Of a DNA stretch of 64,000 bases, positions 54,901 through 64,000 are shown one piece after another. The stretch's first letter is position 1. Each line of letters opens with the position of its first letter. The notes beneath the pieces were generated by a model. That model searched no databases. It was given only the letters and a program-made list of their open reading frames with translations, and was not told where the DNA came from. This DNA is from Euprymna scolopes (lineage: Eukaryota): NCBI GenBank assembly GCA_053919585.1, contig CM132790.1; one strand, 5' to 3'. Made by a program: the position numbers and the translations under genes.

Positions 54901-55223
54901 AAACCGAAAAAAAAGAAATGATTTGAAGTTGGTATTATTATTCATGCCCGCACACTCAAAATAGCCTAGAATGTTCTTGTATACAATTTCTACTGGAAAT
55001 AAAAGGGCTAAACTTTATGGAGATTATCACTCTGAAAAGCAAAGTACACACGAATGTGCGTCCTTGGCGGATTTGTGTAATGGCATCATTTACTGCCATG
55101 AGTTTCAAACATTTCTTCACGACTTTTCCACTGCATAATTTTCTTGCATGTCCTCGTTTGCATTGAACGGAACAAAACTAAAACTGCATTTATTTGTTAG
55201 CAAAACAGATGTTTCCATATATA

Positions 55224-56391
55224 CATGGCGTGTATAAAGTTTCCTTCAAAGAATTGTTGCAAAAGCTATTGATAAGAAATCGTAATCAGACTTGTTCTGT
55301 TGTAATCAGTGTTTTTTAAACTTTTTAATTGCATTTTTGTGTTTTTGGCATCCCCTTGGTTGAAGGGGGGTCATCTTGAATGAACTCCTTAAGAAATCGA
55401 TGGCACAGTGTGTAACATGGTTTATTGAGAGAAAATCCGATGCACAGACCAAACGAAACTACAGAACAAACGGTTTAAATTAATTTGAGGCACCACAGAA
55501 TTAGCAAACTACTATAAAGAACACATTTTGTTTTAACACCCATTTTTTTTTTACTTTTGACGTCTGGCTCTACCGTTTATGTCAAATTAAAGATTTTTAT
55601 AGCTAATAATGCAATATTTAAAGAAATATTTTATACAATCCAATTAATAATTTTTTAAACATATTGAACTTTAATTTAATCTCATGATACCTGTCACGTG
55701 ATCTAATCAAATAATGAAAAATTCGACAGTAGAATGTTTGCTTTACATTATGATTAAATAAAACGTGTTATAAATAAAAGTATAACTAAACGTTTTGTAA
55801 ATACAACTGTGTATTTTTAAATTATTAGTAAAACCTTTTGATTTTTTAGATGAACTATTTTTAATGAAGGATCTGCGATTGCAAAGTTACAAATGTACGT
55901 ATACGCTGTATTGTTTTGTTTGTAATTTAAACAAGTAAAAAACATCGATTTTAAGGTAAATGTATTCTTTTGTTCGTTTGCCATTCTAGTGTTTTTCACG
56001 TCTATTTAATCGGAACCAAGTACAGAGGAGATGCATCACGATGACCGCAAATCTGTGCATAGCGCAAACGTTTATGGAAACAACGACAGTGTTAGATAGA
56101 AAGCGGAGATCGCGACCAAGATCATTTATAAAGGAAACTTTTCCCGTTTCCATATTTTCATTTTGGTGCCATACAAGGATTCACGTTGTGGTAGATCTTT
56201 ACCATTATTGGTTATGTAGTTTCGTTGAGTGTGTGTAAGCGATTTTGTTCTAAAAAACGAGATAAATTGTAGCCATTTATCGGGACCATTCAAAGTGACG
56301 CCCTTTTGATCAAAAACATTGACTACAACTAGAACAAGCCTGCTTTTATAATAATTCTTTCAAATTGTAAAGAGACTTTATGGGCGCCTTG
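55224..56391 (+). mobile_element. Internally deleted Tc1/mariner element with an insertion at ~55470-56015
   Basis: Imperfect TIRs with TA flanks; N-terminal HTH AQCVTWFIERKSDAQTKRNYRT continues at ~56018 as KYR..FMETTTVLDRKRRSRPR. Confidence 0.6.
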
Positions 56392-57250
56392 TACGTCCAC
56401 TAACATAAATATGCTGAGATATTTTGCTTTTACAAACAGTATAACAGGTAAGTTCAGACAAATAATCATGACACGTTCAGTTCTTTTTTCACTGGAAGCA
56501 AGAAAATTCACTAAATAAAATTTAAATTATGTTTAAACACTTTGATGTATCATTTTTATAAAAACCTTCATTGATATCGATACTTTAACAGGAATCTTAA
56601 TCTAACATATAAAGTTATCTTGTCGAAATTTTACACGGTATTTAAACATCTGACAAATCAAACTTTTTAGTTGACTAAATTTTCATTTGTTATTTTTGTG
56701 CTGTTTTGACAATACGATAACGTACTTTACTAAAATACATTCTAATACTTATCCTGGCCCAAACAGCTGATTAATATAAAACATTTTTAAATAATGACCT
56801 AAAAATAAAAATCATAGGAGTGAAAATTCATTTTAAATTGAAGAATTCAATAGAAGTTATCTACCTTAAGTTTTAAATATGTGCAAACAAATAAGAATCA
56901 AAAACTTAAACGACTTCACTGCATCCCGGGTAACGTCAGGTAGGTTTAGCTACTGTTTAGCTTCTCTGAAAAAAATACGTTGACGCAGGATGAGTGTAAA
57001 TACTAAATCATGATTTATTTATATTTTTACTTTGTTTAAATGGTTTTCAATTAATTGCTGTTTTCTTTGTCTTAGGTAAATGCAATATCAAATGGATGAA
57101 GAAATTAACAATTTTCTTTTGAATAAATCGCAGAAAAAATGAAGAACACCAAAGTCATGCGTTCAGTGGAATTCATACCGAATTTGTTAATTATAGAATC
57201 GATGGGATTCTCGTCATCAATGTTTTGTGTCTCGCTTTATCTCGTTGTAG

Positions 57251-57407
57251 GTCAATTATTATGGTGGAACGCATTTGCCAAAAATATTTGCACGAATCCG
57301 CTGTGAGGGTAATGAGAGCAACCTGGCGGATTGTAAAACGTTTGAGTATTACAACCAAGTGAAATGCAGCAAGCGGGCGTCCGTAGCTGGGGTCATTTGT
57401 ACAGATG
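57251..57407 (+). CDS. LOXL2: Lysyl oxidase-like exon, second half of the last SRCR domain
   Basis: TGTAG| acceptor, G|GTATGT donor, 157 bp, phase 0/1; VNYYGGTHLPKIFARIRCEGNESNLADC..CSKRASVAGVICTD. Confidence 0.88.
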
Positions 57408-57919
57408 GTATGTATTTAATGTTTCTGTATTCNNNNNNNNNNNNNNNNNNNNNNNNNNNNNNNNNNNNNNNNNNNNNNNNNNNNNNNNNNNNNNNNNNNN
57501 NNNNNNNNNNNNNNNNNNNNNNNNNNNNNNNNNNNNNNNNNNNNNNNNNNNNNNNNNNNNNNNNNNNNNNNNNNNNNNNNNNNNNNNNNNNNNNNNNNNN
57601 NNNNNNNNNNNNNNNNNNNNNNNNNNNNNNNNNNNNNNNNNNNNNNNNNNNNNNNNNNNNNNNNNNNNNNNNNNNNNNNNNNNNNNTAGAAGATAGTTTT
57701 GAAGCATACACGGAAAAGCCCATTAGAACCGAGAAGAATTATTTTGAGGAGGTAACCCTGGCCTTACTTCTCACATACATCTCGTGCATAATGACTAAGA
57801 ACGTTGTTTTTTTATTGGGAACTCTTTCTATGTCCACGCTGTTCGAATTATAACAACAAACAAATCACAGCGATGAAATATATCGATCAACCTAAACAAA
57901 ATAAAGCATTAAAAAGTTG

Positions 57920-57985
57920 ATTGATCAGTGGTGTGTATTGATAGTTTCTGATTCTAGGGCGCAGGTTCGATTCCTCCAATAGACG
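57920..57985 (+). mobile_element. Degenerate tRNA-derived SINE head
   Basis: B box GGTTCGATTCC at 57965-57975; weak A box upstream; no cloverleaf. Confidence 0.35.
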
Positions 57986-58876
57986 AATTTCTTTATTGCT
58001 TTTCAGCTTGTGTTAATTATTATTAGAGTTAATACGATGGATTGGTGATGACGAATATCATAAGGGAATTGAAACTGATTAAAGCAAAGAAAATTTTATT
58101 AGTTTATGAGACAGTCACATTTCTAAGTTTTCATTTCAGCTTGTCCTTTTAATGTCCTTTTCCACTGTTCAAATTAGGAAATTGTATTACATTTAAAATG
58201 TAGTTCTTTTTGGTTTTGGTAATGTATTACATTATATTAAAATAAGAAATTATATTTGTTTGAATTATTTATAAATTTTATCTATTTAATTTACAGCATT
58301 ATCACGTTGAGATGCTGGTGCTTATAAAATTACCGACGTTGAGCTTAGTACTAAATGGGTAAGCATTCGGTGTTGTACGTTGGCGGAAGACGAACCTCTC
58401 TTTGTAAAATGCTAACGTCATTAAAATGGTATCTACATTTGACGATTGAGCTGAATGATTCGTCAACAGTGGCTCAGTATCACAAGAGTATCACATTCAC
58501 ATTCTATTCATAGTTCTGTACTGCGTGAACTTGTGTCGAGGAAGAAAACATATGGCAGCAGAGTGTTAGGAGTCTTGTTCACTAAACGTTCACTAAGAAA
58601 AACAAGAAACTGGTTAAACCGGACGTGACTTGAACTGACTGATGCATTTACAAATATGATTTAATTTTGCTTATAATCATTTGACAGCGTAGGATTTCCA
58701 CGTGGACAAGGGTGAACGGTTTCTATAACATGAAGATATATCACTTCTGCCATGTATTGCGATGAATTATATTTCTCTTCAACTTTTGCTACTTTTTAAT
58801 TATAATATTTTGTGCTTTTTTAACTTTAAAATCACGTAATTCAAATCTTTATCATTTACTTTCTTCATTTCTCGTG

Positions 58877-58918
<42 letters not shown>

Positions 58919-58919
58919 T

Positions 58920-59600
58920 CGTTGCCGTATCCTGAGGACGATTGCAAAATTTTGGAAGCCAGAGGTCCGCCCTCAATTGAAGGATATCCATAAGAAAAAG
59001 AGGATGGAATGGGCCAGAGATCACATGAAGGTGAATTTTCAAACTGTTTTGTTCACCGATGAGTGTCGAGCGACCCTTGATGGACCCGATGAGTGGAGGG
59101 GAGGATGGTACCATAATGAAGGTCTACGTCCCCAAAGGAGCATGCGTCAATAAGGATGTGGTGGTGTGATGTTCTGAGCTGCAATCATGAGCAATGAGCT
59201 TGTAGGACCATTCAGAGTCGCAGATGGAGTGAAAATTACCGCCAAACTCTACATTGACTTCATTAAGGAACACTTGGAACCCTGGCACAAGAAGAAGAAT
59301 TTGGCATTCCGGAAAAAGATGGTATTCATGCATGATAATGCACCGTCTAATTCTGCAAGGATAGCCACTGAATATTTGGAGAGAGTTTTGCCAGGCATGG
59401 GAAAATAATGTGATGGGCAGGCTGTTCTCCAGATTTAAATCCCATCGAAAATCTGTGGAGCATCTTGAAACAAAATATTTACTCCGGAGGAAGGCAGTAC
59501 AACTCCAAAGATGAAATTGAAAGTTTGACATCTTCAATGGACCAAAGGCTTTTTGCTCTTGTCAATAAAAATGGCAATTATATAAGATATTGATTGTACT
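58920..59600 (+). mobile_element. Tc1 (DD34E) transposase fragment
   Basis: LFTDECRATLDGPD, MVFMHDNAPS and SPDLNPIENLWSIL motifs. Confidence 0.85.
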
Positions 59601-60262
59601 ATGAAACCATATTAGAGTTGTTTGTTCTTTATCAGAGATTTTGTTCTCAATTTACAAATTCCTCGAATAATCAATGTTTCGATGATCTTTTAGCACTTCA
59701 CCACATTTTAGCATTGGTTTGCATATAAAGTTGGCACGCTGAAAAAAAAATGCAAATCACAAAAATGGCTGCCAATTGTTTATTACTGTGCAGATTAGCT
59801 TAAAATTTTCGATCTGCGTTTGTGTTAGTGTTGCTATATAACATGCTAAATTTCATAAATTTTCATTGAAAACTGTCGGAGTTAGAACAAAAATATCGAT
59901 TTACATATAATTCTGGCATGGGATATATTGCCGTGATAAAGGCAACCTTTCTAGGAGAAGCAAATCTCTGATTTAAAAAAAAACATAAAGCGGGAGACCA
60001 GTACCCGCATTAAGCTGGTCTGCAGTTTAACTTGTTGCTGGCTATCTTGCTTTTGCTTGTTGCTGGATCTCAACATTTTGAACCGAGAGAGAGAGAGACT
60101 TAGCTGTCGTATAAAGCTAAGACTCTGTAACATCGTCTATGTATAGATACTCCCTCGGGCATTTGTCTATTAAAATGGTCCTGTGGCGATGGAAGTCATT
60201 TTTGGACTCATGATCTTTAAGTGTCTAAGGGACTAGCACTCGTCTGACAAGACGTTGCAATC

Positions 60263-60307
<45 letters not shown>

Positions 60308-60322
60308 CCATTTTATCTGCTT

Positions 60323-60377
60323 AGTTACACGTTTCGGTTACCGAATCGTATCAACGATCCAGTAACTTCGTCAGACT
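60323..60377 (-). ncRNA. Candidate minimal hammerhead ribozyme with a long stem II
   Basis: AGU-CUGACGA-A GUUACUGGAUCGU ugau ACGAUUCGGUAAC C-GAAA-CGUG-UA-ACU; about 20 bp from (AT)n 60266-60305. Confidence 0.6.
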
Positions 60378-60989
60378 TTAACGATATTAGAAAAAGCAGG
60401 GGGAAAAGGGCGAGTCAATTCTGATTTGACAACAGTTTTAATGTTTAATTTTGTATTTGCCAAATTTATGATTTAATAATTAAATAAACATTGAAAAGGG
60501 TAAGGTGGAGTTTCAAATATTCAAACCAAGCACGAATCGGAGTAGAGAGAGAGGAAAGACACAGAGAGAAAGGTGGAAAAGAAGAAAGAAGGGAAGGGTG
60601 TAAAATGCGTAAGACTTTGAAGGCGGGGGTAGAGGAGAGAAAGAGAGAGATAATGACTAAATGGAAAAAGGGAAATAGAAGCAGTCAAGGAGGTAGCGAT
60701 CACTAGCGGACTGTCGGGTTGTCGGGCTGTCGAGCTGTCGCGGTTTGTTGGAGAGGTGTCATATGGAGTTTGACACGTTAAAGATTTATGCGGATTGGGG
60801 GGGCGTTGTTCGCAGTAAATAAGATGCGTCCTCTCAAAATATCAGATAAAACGGTAATGAAAATATATATATTTGCTCTGCAATAGTATTGAGCACTTTC
60901 TTCAAGTCTTTACTAATTACTATTTTTGCTATATATATATCCTTTCAAGTGAGTATTTTGTGTATCTATTTATTTATTTATTTGTTTTT

Positions 60990-61395
60990 TATTTTTATTT
61001 TGCGGACTATTATCCTCATCTTTATCGTTGTTGTTGTTTCGCCAAGTTTCTGACAATTCATGCTCTGGACTTCTTCAGATGATACACCGCGACAGAATAG
61101 GGATGCTGGGTCTATTAACTGTATCCCCATTAATTACTGCCTTCCATAGTTGACCAACTAATCCTCTGACCTGCTTTGGATAGGATTGAAATCGATATCT
61201 TTAGATAATTCTCACCTGAAACAGTAGAGATTGTTGAATCTCTACTGTTCCAGGTGAGCATTTGTCTGTTCCAGGTGAGAATTCAGGCCCCAAAGGGATA
61301 ATTACTTGAAAAAGGCCAAAGGATAAGTTGGCCGAAATGTTGTGAAACAGCAACAACTATGAAGATGGGGATAACAATTCGCAAAATAAATAAAT
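60990..61395. repeat. Fold-back element with degenerate hammerhead-like arms
   Basis: Arms TTATTTTGCGGACTATTATCCTCATCTT..GTTGTTGTTTC and GAAACAGCAACAAC..AAGATGGGGATAACAATTCGCAAAATAA are inverted; internal hairpin 61212-61258. Confidence 0.6.
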
Positions 61396-61446
61396 TCTTT
61401 GTATTATTCGCAATTTTTCATTCCCTCCATTTCTTTTATTTCACAG

Positions 61447-61587
61447 AACTTCCTGATTTGGTTCCAGACGCAAGAGCTCTTCAAGAATCCATACGTCTTG
61501 AAGACAGGCCTCTCTATTATTTGACTTGTGCAATGGAAGAAAATTGTTTGGCTGACCAGGCCTATGAAATAAAAGAAACACAACGAA
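61447..61587 (+). CDS. LOXL2: Lysyl oxidase-like exon, start of the LOX catalytic domain
   Basis: TTTCACAG| acceptor, A|GTAAAT donor, 141 bp, phase 1/1; (E)[35 protein letters not shown], the [16 protein letters not shown] signature of LOXL2-type proteins. Confidence 0.92.
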
Positions 61588-62739
61588 GTAAATCTTTTTT
61601 CTTTTCAAAATGTAGCACCATTGTTATTTGTATGAATTTGGGACAAGCATTTTCCCAGCTCTAATATTTAAGCTTTGCTATATTTTCCCAGGGGATATTT
61701 GTCGATTTCGCAAAAAAAGATTCGTCTATATGAAGTATAACTTACAAAACTTTGTGGAATAAAATGGCATTCAGATCATAAATGAGTCTACAAGCTAAAT
61801 GTCAACCATCATCTAATACAATATCTGAGAATCACATGACGCAACACGTTATAACACATTAATAAATAAGACAATACGTTATCTTAATTTTTACAAGAAC
61901 ATAAGGATGCTTTGATATAAAAATAATTTCGCCATATTTATTTGAAACTATTCATTCAAAATAATTATCTTTTTATCGACTATATTCGAGACATATTCGA
62001 GTTAAGGTCGCTCCGACCGAACTGAACTTTGACACGTTTATAAGCATAGGGAAAATTCCAAACTTATGACATGAAATCTCGTAGCATTTGGTGCCTNNNN
62101 NNNNNNNNNNNNNNNNNNNNNNNNNNNNNNNNNNNNNNNNNNNNNNNNNNNNNNNNNNNNNNNNNNNNNNNNNNNNNNNNNNNNNNNNNNNNNNNNNNNN
62201 NNNNNNNNNNNNNNNNNNNNNNNNNNNNNNNNNNNNNNNNNNNNNNNNNNAACCAACGATGGTAATTATAAGGCAACTTCTGGCGATGGGTTTATAAGGT
62301 CACTTATGAAGTTAAAGTCATTTTCAAGAATTTCAATCTGAATTGACAATGCTATTGATTAGTAGGACTGTGATAACAGCATATTCTTTTCATTGCTTTT
62401 ACTTTCGAGTATATATCCGATACAGTTAGAAAAAAAGAGTACTCTCCACCTCTTTCGATAACCTTTACAGATAAATTTGTTATCGCAACAGCCGTTTACC
62501 ATTGATTCCTAATTGGTATCCACCATTGGTCTTCACTCGGATTTGACTGGCAATAAGCCTTCCCAAGGTCCCAGTCCTCTTTGCATTCATGCAGCGGAGG
62601 TCTAGTTAGTGCTTTCTCTCTTATCAGTCTTTCTATCCTCCTTGACCCTCACATTTGGTGTGGCGCCTATTTATAGCGACACGCAAAAAATGAGCGGAAG
62701 CGGGGTCGCAGGAATGTTAACTTAGAATTATACAGTTTC

Positions 62740-63180
62740 AGTTTTCATGATTTTATCATGTCCTAAAGAAGACTGACATTGTCGTTTTCTTGTACCACTT
62801 CTAGTTTATGCTCACACCACTTCTCATTTTGGTTTAATTCATAGAGTTTATAAAAATTCCAGTGTAGGACCTGAGCGACTTTGTCGTGTCTTCACTTTTT
62901 TATATTGATGCTGTGCTAACATAGGGGATTCTGGTATAATATGCGTTAATGTTTCTTCCTTTTCATTACACATTCTGTACATTGGTGATTCTGCAGTTTT
63001 GTCGATGTGTTGTTTGATAGACCTAGTACGAGTGGCTTTTCTTGGGCTGCTATGAAAGTGCTCTTGGTAGATCTTTTAAGATCACCAATTTCAACAGTCA
63101 TTATCTCTAAATTTAGTATTCCTAAAGAATACACTGTGTAGTTTCTTTTCAAATAATTTTTTCCTCCTTCTTGCAACCTC
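62740..63180 (-). mobile_element. R4/Dong-like non-LTR retrotransposon fragment (zinc-finger region)
   Basis: GDLKRSTKSTFIAAQE..CTEC..TH..RHDKVAQVLHWN remnants. Confidence 0.6.
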
Positions 63181-63256
63181 TAACATATTTGAACCCCCAG
63201 ATCTTAGTATCTTTTCCCTTTTCACGTCATGAAGAAGAGTTTGATTATTTTCAGAA

Positions 63257-64000
63257 ATGTTTAGATTTCCTTCCTCATCATGTTCAGATTTCCGCCCTAA
63301 TCGTGTTTAGATTTCCTTCCTCATCATATTTAGATTTCTTTCCTCATCATGTTTAGATTTCCTTCCACATCGTGTTTAGATTTCCTTCCTCGTCGTGTTT
63401 AGATTTCCTCCCTCACCGGTTTTAGATTTCCTTCCTCATCATGTTTACATTTCCTTCCTCGTCGTTTTTAGATTTCCTTCCTCATCGTGTTTAGATGTCC
63501 TTCCTATCGTGTTTAGATTTCCTTCCTTATGTTTAGATTTCCTTCCTCGTCGTGTTTAGAATTCCTTTCTCATCATGTTTAGATTTCCTTTTTCATCGTG
63601 TTTAGATTTCCTTCCTCGTCGTGTTTACATTTCCTTCCTCATCATGTTTAGATTTCCTTCCTCATCATGTTTAGATTTCCTTCCTCATCATGTTTAGATT
63701 TCTTTCCTCAACATGTTTAGATTTCCTTCCTCATCATGTTTAGATTTCCTTCCTCATCATGTTTAGATTTCTTTCCTCAACATATTTAGATTTCCTTCCT
63801 TATCATGTTTAGATTTCTTTCCTCAACATGTTTAGATTTCCTTCCTCATCATGTTTAGATTTCCTTCCTCATCATGTTTAGATTTCCTGCCTCATCATGT
63901 TTAGATTTCTTTCCTCATCATGTTTAGATTTCCTTCCTCATCATGTTTAGATTTCCTTCCTCATCATGTTTAGATTTCCTTCCTCATCATGTTTAGATTT
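63257..64000. repeat. 23-bp tandem array (~32 units, runs off the window)
   Basis: Unit TTAGATTTCCTTCCTCATCATGT. Confidence 0.97.

Noticed and set aside
63257-64000. Minus-strand ATGATGAGGAAGGAAATC as a hammerhead or C/D-box array
   Set aside because: Core-like words only; no helices and no D box

Overview
AT-rich animal (invertebrate) genomic DNA from a draft assembly with seven short N gaps. Some repeats resemble families I associate with cephalopod genomes, but the taxon is a low-confidence guess. The only host gene I can support is a lysyl oxidase-like gene (LOXL2/3/4 type, + strand), seen as three in-phase exons: 39417-39590 and 57251-57407 (last SRCR domain) and 61447-61587 (start of the LOX catalytic domain). 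The rest is repeats: a full-length, recent BEL/Pao LTR retrotransposon (764-7030), a ~14.8 kb 48-bp satellite with higher-order structure, a 23-bp tandem array, and nested or decayed RTE, CR1, R4-like, Penelope-like, Gypsy, Tc1/mariner, MULE-like and Helitron elements. Best candidate for a new system: the BEL/Pao element has no tRNA primer-binding site. Instead, 2 nt past the 5' LTR it has a 16-nt sequence perfectly complementary to its own LTR, suggesting self-priming. Its Gag lacks zinc knuckles, and its integrase ends in a TAF3-like PHD finger plus an AT-hook. Together these parallel the Tf1/chromovirus design in a different LTR superfamily. Second highlight: several minimal hammerhead ribozymes, one directly behind a tRNA-type Pol III promoter. 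All calls are by eye; no searches or folding were run.
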